Source: Antedon mediterranea (lineage: Eukaryota > Animalia > Echinodermata). From it: a DNA stretch of 64,000 bases. A model generated the notes under the pieces. That model was not told the DNA's origin, searched no databases, and worked only from the letters and a program-made list of their open reading frames with translations. Made by a program: the position numbers and the translations under genes. Below are positions 51,902-64,000 of this stretch, piece by piece (position 1 is the stretch's first letter; each line of letters starts with the position of its first letter). Location of the stretch: contig NC_092670.1 in assembly GCF_964355755.1 (NCBI RefSeq), positions 2,904,201 through 2,968,200 on the forward strand. The letters run 5' to 3'.

Positions 51902-52159
51902 CCGTATATATACGGTATATTTTTGGCAGCAGAAACTGCGCTCATAAAAAATATACCGTATTTTGTATACCGTATTTTCCCCACAAAATTTGTGGATAAA
52001 ATATGGTATTTACAAATTTATACCGTATTTTTTGTACCCGTTTCTGCTGCCAATAAAAAATACCGTATTTTTTTTTTACATGACAAAAGGTCAACATTCG
52101 TATTTTTATTTTCTGTCGCTGTCAGCTGTTTTACACACGTGTATATATATATTCGGCGA

Positions 52160-52415
52160 AAATGGGGAGCGAAGACGTCACAGTTTTACTAAATAAATTT
52201 GTGTGGGGAAGCTAAAATGTCTGGCCAACTAAAAGGTAATAAAAGGGACAACCACATTTATAAAGACATTTCTAAAAAAATAAAGCAGGAGTATGGAATA
52301 GACTTGTCTCCAAAGCAAGTAAACTCAAAGCTGAAGAGCCTGCGAAAGCAGTACAACATTGCAAAATACAATAACTCGGGGAGGGAATGAATTAATTGTC
52401 CCCATTACGATGTTT
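52160..52415 (+). pseudogene. Myb/SANT-like (trihelix) DNA-binding protein remnant of the Harbinger element
   Basis: QLKGNKRDNHIYKDISKKIKQEYGIDLSPKQVNSKLKSLRKQY...NNSGR*..CPHYD. Confidence 0.7.
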
Positions 52416-52718
52416 TCTGTGCTCTCACAACATCTCTTTCACTAGGGCTAGGCTGTTGAAAGTGAGACGTAAAACTTCCTTTATTGCAACTTTTAATTAT
52501 CGATCAAATAAATGAATGGCAATTTGGGTAAAAAAGATGAAATTTAACACGACCACCCAAGAAGTATTGTTAGCAGAAACGGGGTACTAAAAAATACGGT
52601 ATAAAAAATACCGTATTTTATACCGTATTTTTATACCGTATTTTGAGCAGTTGCAGCAGAAACAGGCCCTTAGAATTATTTCAGTTTGTTTTATTTTTGC
52701 TCAGTTACTTTTGTCATT

Positions 52719-53656
52719 GGGCCCGTTTCTGCTGCCAACCCAAAATATACCGTATAAATATACCGTATAAATATACCGTATAAATATACCGTATAGATAC
52801 CGTATATGAAATTCGTGCACCGTTTCCGCTGCACATACTTCGTGGGTGGGTTGTAAAAAAGTTGGCTTTCATTACCCAAAATGCATTTCGTGAGACGGAA
52901 GTATGGATTGACCTCGTGTAGTGAGGTTTTTAACTACCGGTACATGCTGACAAAAACAAAACAATGATGGTTTCTCAAAACGTCGTAGCATTGCTTTCTA
53001 TTTTAAATCTAATGAGCAGAAGTAGCAACGAATTTACACCGCACATACAAGCACAATCTAGAAATGTCACTATAAATAAACTCTGTTATTCAAATTGAGT
53101 TTATATTATGCTATATTATCCTATATTGCCGTTTTAATTTCCATTTTCTATTATACAGTATTTTACCATGATTTTACATCACGTTGTGTAAAAACATTCG
53201 ATTTATTGTAATTAAAATCTTGGTATCGCTTCTGTTGCCATGCAGTCTCCCCCCAACCTTCGCTTCCCCCCACAATTGAATTGGAAAAATAGTGATTTGT
53301 TCGGTCCACAGTGACATTTTGATCTGTTGCTTGCTTTTACACGTGTGTTTCAACTTTCAATGCAGCAGAAAAACCAAAACAAACGCGTCGCGCTCTGTTA
53401 GTTTTTGACCTCGTGTCATGAGTCGGGTCACATTTACGGTATATTTTGGGTGCAGCAGAAACGGGGAACGAAATATACGGTATATTTTGGAATATACCGT
53501 ATAATATCTACAAACGATGGGGATATTTATGCAGTATATATACCGCAAATATATACGGTATATTTTTTATGAGACCCATTTCTACTGCCAAAAAATATAC
53601 CGTATATAAAATATACCGTATATATACGGTATATTTTTGGCAGCAGAAACGGGGCC
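52719..53656. mobile_element. PIF/Harbinger-like MITE (3-bp ATT TSD), related family
   Basis: att|gggcccgtttctgctgccaa ... ttggcagcagaaacggggcc|att. Confidence 0.85.
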
Positions 53657-53836
53657 ATTGAAACGTAGTAACATTCAATAAATATACAACATGGCATATG
53701 TTGATATTTAAGGTGCTGCAAGGTCCTAAGTATGAACTCCTAAAGATTGGTGTTCTCTTTATTACTGCCCTCTTGTAACCGTACTTTCTTTTGTTGCTAT
53801 AGCAACTGAACTTTTATTAGAACATTTAGGGGTTAA

Positions 53837-54171
53837 AGATGTATTGTCCCCCTGAAAAAATAATTCTTAACAACATTTTTATTGAATATGCCATTTTAAT
53901 GTAACATAATAGTTATCGACTTTGACCAAAAATTGGATTGAAAAAAAATGTATTTATCTGAAAAAAACTGTAATTTAAAGCAAAGAATGGCCAAATTGAC
54001 CAGCCAGTGGGTTTTTGGTTGAATTTAACCATTTATTTAATCAATTTGTAGGTGAAAACATTTTTTTTTTCTATATGGAACTGATTAACTTTTTTAAAAC
54101 CACAAAATAACATATTCAAAGTCTGATTTAATTAACCTTTTTTTTTCATGTTTTTGGGGGACAATACATCT
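53837..54171. mobile_element. Kolobok-like MITE, same family as 1650-4556, opposite orientation
   Basis: ttaa|agatgtattgtccccc ... gggggacaatacatct|ttaa. Confidence 0.85.
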
Positions 54172-55666
54172 TTAATAGGTCAAACCCCTTTATGTTTTTT
54201 TTTGTTTTAGCTGAAAGTGATTTTTTACACTAATACATTCAAAGCTTTAGATTTAGATCTTAAATTTTGTTTGATACTTTCACTTTACTTTGGAAAATAC
54301 ATCAACATTCATCTTGTTTTTGCTTATGTCACTAATTTCTTAGATCAAAACCAATATAATAAGATATATGTAGCTACATGTACATTTTTATTTCATTTTT
54401 AATCAATTCAAAACAAGATTCAATTTAAAAACTTCAGCAAACACCATTACAAATACTCCTAAAACTACTAGAATACATTTAATTAGAATATCATTAATTA
54501 AAATATAGGAAATACTGATTTATGATTAGATATCAATTTGATTTTATTAATTAAAAAGCAATAATAATAATTCAATTCAAATTCAATTACTTTCACTTTA
54601 CCTTGGAAAATAGATAAACATTCATCTTGTGTTGCTTATGTCACTAATTTCTATAAAAACCAATATAATAAGATATATAATATGTAGGCCTACATTCATT
54701 GTAAGTTTTTATTTCATTTTTAATCATTTCAAAACGAGATTCAATTTAAGAACTTCAGCAAATATTAGATTAAAACACTACTAATTATTAATGAAAATAT
54801 AGGAAATACTGATTTATGATTAGATATCAATTTGTTATTATTATATTAAAACAATAATAATGTTACTATTATGTATGTATTAGCATAGTTTTAAATAATA
54901 AAATAAGATTTTTTTACAGAATGAATTGATTAAATTATTTGGTATTACTATAATATTTAAAAATGATTAATAATAAAACATCCATTGTTACTAACTAATA
55001 AAAAATTCCCAAAAAAATAAATTACAGTTGATATGACAATATATTTTATTATTGATGTTATAAAATGTGGATTATTATAATAAATAATCATTTAATGATA
55101 AGGCAAAATTTTACTTAATAATTAGTAGTTTATTTTTTAATTAATTTATATCCAATATTACTTTGCAAAATTCCAAAATAAAAGATTGAATGAATGAATT
55201 ATAAAGAATATAACCATTTAACACCAGATAACCTTTTAATTAAATTAGTAAAACTAAAATAAATACCAATATTATGATTTACTAAACATTATAACACATC
55301 CAAGTACAGTAGTATCTTTTAATAATAATGAAATTTGATATTAATATGTAGTATTATATAGTGGCATATATTTTTAACAATTCTGACAATACTATAATTA
55401 TTATTTAATAAATTATCGTAATCATAAACTTATGTACTGTATGTGATTAAATTAAGATACTGTATATTCAAATTAATTTTATTTCGTCATTATGTTATTA
55501 AACCAAGGTTTTATTATTCATTTAAAATAATTAATATAACACAAAAAGTATGATAACCAAACATGATTTTTGATCTCACTGCATCTTTAATAAAATCAAT
55601 ATTTTTCCATTTTTTATATTTATGAGCCAAATTAAAGTCAAATTACTAAAGTTATAATTAATTTTC

Positions 55667-55914
55667 TTATGGTGCTCTTTTAACCATCATCACTGTCTTC
55701 TTGAGACTGTTGTAATTATTATGGAAATGATACCAGTTGATGCCTGACCAATCATATGTACCTGGTGTAAAGTAAAGCCCATTCAGGTTTGAAAGAGCAC
55801 AGCTATTGTACCACCAACCACCTTTGCGTATCTCAGCACAGTTACCACTCCACACATCATTGTCTGTATCATACGTTGTAAATTGTTGACCATTGTGGTA
55901 TGCCAAAGAATCAC
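55667..55914 (-). CDS. Fibrinogen C-terminal domain (FReD) terminal exon, intact copy
   Basis: tttag|gt; GDSLAYHNGQQFTTYDTDND...NCAEIRKGGWWYNSCALSNLNGLY...GINWYHF...SLKKTVMMVKRAP*. Confidence 0.85.
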
Positions 55915-55928
55915 CTAAACAACAACAT

Positions 55929-56026
55929 GACAGCTATCGTACCACCAAGCACCTTTGAATAGCTCAGCACAGTTAACACTGTGCTTATCATTGTCTCTAT
56001 CATACGTTGAAAATTGGTCACCATTG
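55929..56026 (-). pseudogene. Fragment of a third FReD terminal-exon copy
   Basis: The minus strand reads [32 protein letters not shown]; no splice sites. Confidence 0.8.
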
Positions 56027-56817
56027 CGAGATTACCATTTCCAGTCATCTAGGGTTGTCATTTAACAAAATTCGCTTTGCTACAGGCCCCACTACATGAA
56101 AAATGAAAGTTTTTCTTAAATTTACTTTCACCTTTACCTTGGAAAATACATAAACATTCATCTCGTGTTTGCTTATGTCACTAATTTCTTTGATCAAAAC
56201 CAATATAATAAGATATATAACATGTAGGCCTACATTCATTGTAAGTTTTTATTTCATTTTTAATCATTTCAAAACAAGATTCAACACATCACTTTAAAAC
56301 TGCAGCAAATATCTACTGAAAATACTCATACAATTATACTAATTATCATTAATGAAAATACAAGAAATACTAATTTTATATTATTGATAATTAAAAACAT
56401 GGAATAATAATAATGTTACTTTTGAATAAATTTAAAAAATAATAAAATTAATAATTTTATGCAATCAATTATTGTAATCAAAAGTTGATATGACTATATT
56501 ATTTGATATAATATTTAATAAGAATTAATAGCACATGTTCATTGTTACTATTATTATATAACTTAAAATGCTAATAATAAAATTAATAATGATATCATAA
56601 TTTTTAAAAATCAAAGTTATTTGATATGAAAATATATTTGCTTTTTAATTTGTTAACACTTGGATTAAAAATTTAACTAGCTTTTGTTATAATACAATAA
56701 TTATTTAATGATAAAACTAAAATAAATAATAGCTAAAAGAAACAAAAGATGAACTAAATATTATTCTTAAATGTAATAATTCATAAGTAATATTTAATGA
56801 TTACAGATTCTGATTTG

Positions 56818-57033
56818 TTATGGTGCTCTCTTAACCATCATCACTGTCATTTTTAGACTGATATAATTTCGTGACCAGGAAATTCCTTCGATATCATATG
56901 TACCTGGTGTAAGGTAAAGCCCATTCAGGTTTGAATACTGACAGCTATAGTACCACCAACCACCTTTGTGTTGCTCAGCACAGTTAACACTGTACTTATC
57001 ATTGTCTCTGTCTTTGGTTGTAAATTGAATCAC
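56818..57033 (-). pseudogene. FReD terminal exon copy with a 23-nt frameshifting deletion
   Basis: After the acceptor, gtgattc joins directly to aatttacaac, missing the LAYHNGQ codons present in the 55914 copy; the rest reads FTTKDRDND...GGWWY.SC..SNLNG. Confidence 0.8.
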
Positions 57034-58517
57034 CTAAACAAACAAAACATATCATCTTTAGTTTACTGCATACATGCAGTTTTTTTAATACAATTGTTTT
57101 ATTTAAACATGTAAAAAATTAATATATGCTATGTAAAATGATGCATACCTAATGAGTGTTTTAATTAATTTATGTTTTTTTTCACATCCTGTTTTAGGGG
57201 ATTTTTTATTTGTTTAAAATCAAAAAACTTTTTTTTTTTTTCAAAAATAGTGTTCTTGTCTTTTCTTATTCTATAAATTATACAATATGGTTGATTTATT
57301 TTACTATATTATAATTATAATTTGTTGCTCATTCAATGTTTGCTTATTATTTTACTTGTTTTCCTTTTAATGTATATGAACCATATTAATTCATATAATA
57401 ATATTTATTCGATCATCAATGTAAAAATAACCAGGAATGAGAATAGGCTAAAGCCCAAACAGATTCTGCACTCACTCCATACAACATAAACAGTTAAGAT
57501 AAAACCATATACAAGAAAAATACAAATAAACTATACTACAGTATATTACATACAACATGAAATTATGAAAATATGATAAAATTGACATTAATAAAACATT
57601 AATATAATTTTTATATTTTAACTGAAATATACTTTCAATACAAATGTACTGATTTAAAAAAAACAATGGAAGCGAAAACTAATTTCCAAAGTGTTTAGTA
57701 ACTACAACATTTAAAATAATAACATTTTTAAATATTAAATTGAAATGTTGTTAAATGTTGGAGCTAATCCATTGAACATTTTGATATCATTTTTAGAATT
57801 GTTAGTTTGATTAATTAATTTTAGTTGGTTGTGTATATAGTAGCTTTTCTTTAATATTGGTCCAATTTCTTTCAGATTTGATTTCATGTTGCCTTTTTAT
57901 CTTTATCAATTTCAAATTTCTGTTTTTCTTTTTCTATATTTTTCACATAATACATGATTTGTAAATAAAACAAGGCCATACATGGCTGCGGTCACGTGTT
58001 CAAATTTGAGTTAGTGTTTACCGACCAACCGAGTGAGCTGTAGAGTCGCGTTTGCACATGATTAAAAATTAATTAATTATTAAACACAACTGTTTTTATA
58101 GCTTATATTATACAGTACCAAAGGAAAACTTCATTATACCTGACCTACCGTAGTCAGTGCAGTGAACATTTCCGAACTTGATTTAATACTATTAGAACAT
58201 TTTTTCCTCATTTTCTATTTCATTTGTGGTAAGTGTTCCATTTTTATTCATTTCGTTGGCAAGCTAACATCTTTTGTATCTCAAATCTATCTAAAGTATG
58301 GTGTAGTACTTTAAAATTAAATTGGAACATTGGCCATGTATGAGTCATTATGTCCCAGTCAATATTCCAGTGACTATTTATAAATGCTGGTACATAACTA
58401 GATGCAACATGGGATTCTTGTGATGAAGACATATAAATGTGTGAACATTAAGGTATGCTAAATTTACTGTTCTGTAAGCTTGTTTAAACCGTTTAATCCC
58501 ATTCAATGTTCTTATCA

Positions 58518-60572
58518 TCTATATATAAATTTACGTAAGGGCAAAATTCGGTAAATCACGCGTTATTTCTAGAATGTTTTCTCGATGGTATATAAAGTCG
58601 GTTCGTACTTTCGGTACTGATTTTAACCACCTGATGTAACCCTGTTTACTAATTAAATTGAGTTCGATAATTAGTTATTGACAATTAAAACGAATTTAGG
58701 TTCAACGATTTGCCCCAAATAGGGGTGTTTTTCGATCGTGGTATACACTGTCTAATGGATGTCCATCTTGAAAAATACCCACAGACAATATTACGAGAAT
58801 GCTTCGCATTTTCCTATCTCCTCCTACGATAATTGTTTTTAATGACTGAAAACCGGTTGAACAGTTCGAGTACAGCATCATAATGTTGAAGACAGGCCGA
58901 TTTTCTTTAAAAAATAGGCCTACTATTTTAATAGATTTAATATATGTTTATACAAGTGTATTGATTTGTGATGAATGGAACATTCCAATCTCTGATCCAC
59001 AAGTGTCTATTCCCTCAGGCGTCGTAAAGGCAAGTACTGTATACTCATAACAGAAACTTGATCCATTTTTTTTTTCAATATGTGCTGCAGAGGTTGGATT
59101 TTGGGCCCGTTCGGACGGGACTGAAACTACCGTGTACTTCCAACTGTGAGGTCGCGTGTGGCAATTAACTTCCGCCTCTGGCTATAAAAAATTAGAAAAC
59201 CATCTGGACGAAAAATCCACCAACTTTACTGGTTATTTCAATCCCATTCCAATTACACGCTGCCTCGGGGTATAATTAATCAAGCGTTAACGGGATCATG
59301 TCAAATCGCGACCTCAAATAAGCTTTCTGATTGTTTAACAATTATTGTTTAAAATGTTCTTTTTCGTTAATGCGAATGTATATCTATTGTTTTGTAAAAT
59401 TATATATAAATAATCAACTCGTTGGTTTTTTTTCCGGTGACCTGAACTTGCGAATCGGTGGCTTATAATGTACATGTAACGGCAGGGAGTTCTGTATTGT
59501 GGTAGCCTGGTGTCTGTGAATTACCACATCAACCGTTCGGCTCGCACGATAAGAGGGGTACAGTGCGTGTTAAATGGAATTTTTACAACAATAGTTCGGC
59601 TCGCACGATGAATACACGTGGTGATTTTTACAAGAGGGGTACAGTGCGTGTACATTAAATGGAATTTTCACAACAATAGTTCGGCTCGCACGATAAATAC
59701 ACGTGGTGATTTTTACAAGAGGGGTACAGTGCGTGTACATTAAATGGAATTTCCACAACAATAGTTCGGCTCGCACGATAAATACACGTGGTGATTTTTA
59801 CAAGAGGGGTACAGTGCGTGTACATTAAATGGAATTTCCACAACAATAGTTCGGCTCGCACGATAAATACACGTGGTCAACAAACAACATACGTTAGCAG
59901 GATTTTCGATCATTATTTATTTAAAAAGTAAATTGTATTCGATGTATTATAAATATATAGGTCTGGTTGTCGATTGAAAAATAATAATTGAACGATTCGC
60001 GCGCGAAACGACATGCAATATCCAGTTGAATTTGTCAACACGCCATGTCAATTGATATGGGTCGACGCACAGAGGGCGCTTTTTGACCTAAGAATTCCGA
60101 TCTTAATTGGTTTCGTGTCAGCTTACCGGTACTTTGTTTATTCGTACGAACGTCGTATGGGTTTTACCCCAAGGGTAAAAACCAAATAAACGTGTATTTC
60201 AATCGCCGTACGAACACGGTCATAGATTGTTTTTAAATGGAATGAGCTAGAGTTTTCAGTCGCTGTATTTTATGTACAAATCTTTATTATTGCAGTTAAA
60301 CCACCCACATCATCACCCTTTCCTCACTGGCATGAGCGTTGTAAAGCCAGTAGAGGATAGGCCTACGGTGCATCACATGCCCTAAACGCAGAACAACTTT
60401 GGTGGGTAGGGTAGGAACCGACTTAAAGTATGAATTTGGCTCTAAGAAACAATTGAAAACCATTAGGCCTACTAATTAAGTTGAGTTAGATAATTTACTA
60501 TTTATTGACGATTAAATCAAATTTATGATTTGCCCCGAATAGAAGTGGTTTTCGAACGAGTGTACCATCTAG
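58518..60572 (+). mobile_element. Helitron-like element, copy 3, in the FReD intron
   Basis: a|TCTATATAT...gtaccatCTAG|t. 58618-58988 matches 25153-25516; the interior then differs. Confidence 0.8.
59535..59878. repeat. 85-bp tandem repeat (~4 units) inside the Helitron-like element
   Basis: aatagttcggctcgcacgat at 59590, 59675, 59760 and 59845. Confidence 0.95.
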
Positions 60573-60777
60573 TTTAAACTCAATTATAGGTAGTCATAAT
60601 TGGTTTGAAAATTCAGTTTTTAATACTCTTAAAGTGATAAATGCAACAACAAAAGTGCACAGTGTGTATTTTTAATGCAAGGTACAAAGGTGAGGCCTAT
60701 AAAGAAAAATAATACTTTTAATTCTTTGTTTACTTGAAATGTGTTTTTTAGTGTAAAAATTGATTGAATGTACTAAC

Positions 60778-61038
60778 CTGCCGTTCCTGTGTATCCACTG
60801 ATTTTCAAAGCATAGTTAGAGTCCTCAGTATCAATACGAAAGTGAGAATATCTTGCAAACTTCATGTCATCCAAGTGGTCAGTCATCTCTATAGAAGCTC
60901 AAAACTGCCATCAGCTGTTAAACGGTTGATTTGTTCATTACCAAGCCAGAACTCTGTGTTCACATTTCCAAAACCCTCTTTGTATTCTGCCCAATTACGG
61001 TAGAAATCAACTGATCCATCTTGTCTTCTCTGTATCAC
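60778..61038 (-). pseudogene. FReD exon 3 with a 1-nt frameshift
   Basis: [37 protein letters not shown]...FEL, frameshift at ~60893, then IEMTD...ARYSHFRIDTEDSNYALKISGYTGTA|G. Confidence 0.85.
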
Positions 61039-61872
61039 CTGATAATGAAAGGATAGTAATCTACATTCTTACTAAAACAGTGATGTCAAGCCCATCAACT
61101 TGAGTAAATAGAAGTAAATGAATTAAGAATCTGACCAGTAATATTACGATTAAGGTACGTCAATATTTTACAATTTAATTTTGATGTTCCTCATTTTCTA
61201 CAATTTGATTACACTCATTTTACAATAATTATGCAAGTTTTTGAACATTTAGTGTGATTGTTCTTGCATTATGTTTAGAACATAGTTTTGTTGTGACCTC
61301 CAGACAACACTTCAACAAATCGCTCTGCGTGTGCGCAGGTATAGTTATGTGTGGGTCGAGAACCCTATTTCTGAAAAGTAACGTTAGTAAAAAATGTGGA
61401 AGAATCATTAATTTCTGTTGAACAAAATGATAAATCTAAAGTTATGTTTTTAATAAAGCCAAATACTGTATTATTAGGAATTGTTCATTGCAATAAGCTA
61501 TTTATCCATATGCAAGTTTTAAACATTCCTAAACAACTGTTCGCTTAACTATGTTGTGTAAATGAGTAGAATGTTGATGTCATTCGTTAAAGTGCGACGT
61601 CATATGTGAATGGAATCCCCTTTCCGTTTATTAATTATGAGAGATGCTTGTACAATGGCTTGAATATCGTAAATTTGTCCTTGTACTTCTGGAACGGATT
61701 CTATCTGAAATCATACCATTGTTCTCTATTAATTGTTTTGCTGGTGTCTCTATGGCTGGCAGTTCTTACAGTAACGTATTGTGATGTGTGTTTTAGTAAT
61801 GAATTAGTAAGCTGTGGCAATGATGTTAGATTTACCTCTGATATCTTTACATAAATTGTTGCCTATACTTAC

Positions 61873-62012
61873 TGTCCATCCTGCATCATGCCTCATGTCA
61901 CAGTACACAGTAAACTCTGGTCTTCCATCACATGTATGGTGTATCACATATTCACCACTCACAGCAGAAGGATTATTTTGTAAAATCGTACTACAATCCC
62001 TCATAAAACACT
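61873..62012 (-). CDS. FReD exon 2
   Basis: RDCSTILQNNPSAVSGEYVI...FTVYCDMRHDAGWT|gtaagt. Confidence 0.8.
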
Positions 62013-62270
62013 CTAAAATTACAAAGTTTGAAGATCACATATTAGATATAACATTGAAATAAGCCTATACATTGAGTGAAACGTCCATTTGGTTATAAGA
62101 TTAATTTTATAGTAGGTAAATACAAGTGAAAATACTTTAAGAATATTAAAGAGAACATTTCCTATAGGCAAATTCAACAGCAACAGTCACGACCAGCAGC
62201 CAATCACTAATAATAAATGTGAACCTCCATATAAGAAATAAATTTATTTAATAATAAATTGTATACTTAC

Positions 62271-62328
62271 TCATTTTGGAATCAGTGGCCCGGACATGAA
62301 GAAAAATGAAATATAAAATAATTAACAT
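62271..62328 (-). CDS. FReD exon 1 (signal peptide)
   Basis: MLIILYFIFLHVRATDSKM then a|gtaagt, phase 1, matching the exon-2 acceptor. Confidence 0.65.
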
Positions 62329-64000
62329 ACAGTAATGACAGTATATAGATATAGAATGCAGCTATTACAGTAATTTAATAATTACAAACTAGTTTTCTTG
62401 GTGAGAGAGAGAGAGAGGAACAGCATTTTACAGTAGTTGAAATAGTGAACTTCCCATGGAGAGTGACCACATGATAATGTAGGTGCATCACATTGGCCAA
62501 TTAGTGTAGATATGCTAGTTTGAAGTCACAACCAAAGACATTATTTTTGATCATACGTCCACTACACAGTCGCGCATCATGCATGCGTAGAAATGTATTC
62601 TGATCGAGAATTGTTGGTTGGTTGGGTTTGGAAATAAAATTAAAAAAAATAAAAAATAAATAAAAAGATATTAAACATCTCACCATGACAGTAAATCAAG
62701 AACTAAATAAAGTTTCTTCCTTCAAATAATTGTTTCTTTTGGAAAATATTTGAATACTACAGTATCCAGAGATCCAGATGAACCTTTTTACTAAAGTTTC
62801 TTCTTTGCTCAAATCTAATATTACTTATCACTCAATATACTTAAACCATGTGTAGTAGACAACACATAATATTCAAATTATGATTGACAATATTGCTTTT
62901 TCACAGGTTTCCCATTCAAAATTATTTGGGCGTAATTATAGATGAAACACTAACATGGGGGCATTCCAAAGTATTTTTGTAATATGGGCGTGACATTTTT
63001 GAGAATATAACTAGCCATATTTTAGAAATAAAAAAGAATACATAACATATATGGCCATGAATGTTAATTATGAAAGTCAAACCAATTTATAAGACTGTAC
63101 AAAAAAATTATTAAAATTGTATGCGTCACAGACAGGCAATGTACATGACTTTTAAGAAGGTTTAGGTATTGTAATATTTCTCCTCATTTAAAAGAAATCT
63201 TAAAATTTGTTTTGTATTATGATGTTGCCAGATAGTTGTTTTAGATAACTGAATGTTAATTAACTCCAAATTTATTAATAAATATGATTTATATGTTGTT
63301 ACAGACGGGATTTTTCCAACGTCGTGGACAGGACACTTTTGTCCAGGTTAAAAAAATTGTATTTTGATATTAACAAAAATAAAATTACATCAGTTTATTC
63401 TTTTATTACAAATCAAAATATTATTCAACCTTTGAAACACTGTTGAAAGTTTAGGTCAAGTGAAAATATTAAAATTCATAAAATAATATAAAATATTATT
63501 TATAAAATTAATTATTCAAAGAGTTATAAAGAGAAGAAATAATTGTTAAATTCATTTATTTAAAAAAACATCATTAATTTAAAAGTTAGGTTTCGTATAA
63601 ACAAATCTTCAAGCTATTAACACATTTAAGGCGATTCTTTAAAAATTGACGTTGGAATTTGACGTCTGAATTTCTTAGTGGATTTCTTAGTTGCACCTGA
63701 AATTTTCTTCTATCCTTGCTTGAATTTAATATTCTTTCTATTTAGTATCTGATTTATAAAGGTTTATGGTTGCAAATTCACAAAGAATGAAATCTACAAA
63801 GTGAAAAAAAATACAAGTTTAAATCTATTGCAATTTAATATCCTTAAGAACAGTTGAAAATTAAGTTTTGAAAATACAGATTTTGCAATCATTACTTCAA
63901 TAAACACTAAATGAGGAAAAAACCCAACCAAAATTTCTCAGAAGTGACAATTATAATTTTTTAAATGAAAATTATGTATGAATATGAAATTAATAAACAA

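Larger units (their letters stand above)
49622..52669. mobile_element. PIF/Harbinger-like element (TTA TSD) interrupted by a hAT element
   Basis: tta|ggccctgtttctgctgc ... gcagcagaaacaggccc|tta; ataccgtat subterminal repeats; Myb/SANT remnant inside. Confidence 0.85.

Noticed and set aside
59570-59861. Duplicated 68-aa ORFs
   Set aside because: Translations of the 85-bp tandem repeat.

Overview
AT-rich, intron-containing animal genomic DNA. It looks like a marine invertebrate (the AGGCCTA/CTAG-rich background suggests an echinoderm; this is inference). It is not prokaryotic and has no CRISPR array. The right third holds five exons of a GTDC1/QTMAN glycosyltransferase gene (+), and a damaged fibrinogen-domain (FReD) gene with a triplicated last exon (-) apparently sits in its intron. 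The left two thirds is a stack of transposons. The main feature is a spliced KDZ/Zisupton-type (HMGXB3-like) transposase gene. Its probable 16-nt first coding exon is separated from exon 2 by a 12.7-kb intron filled with about 65 copies of a 157-bp satellite. Two diverged Helitron-like copies end at the same base of the satellite unit, and their 3' hairpins are reverse complements of each other. Also present: a 4.17-kb foldback made of two inverted Academ transposase ends (TTA target duplication), three P-type mini-palindromes with 7-bp duplications, Kolobok-, hAT5-, PIF/Harbinger-, pogo- and EnSpm-like elements, a Gypsy gag remnant and a LINE RT fragment. Family names come from recognising motifs and termini by eye; no database search was run.
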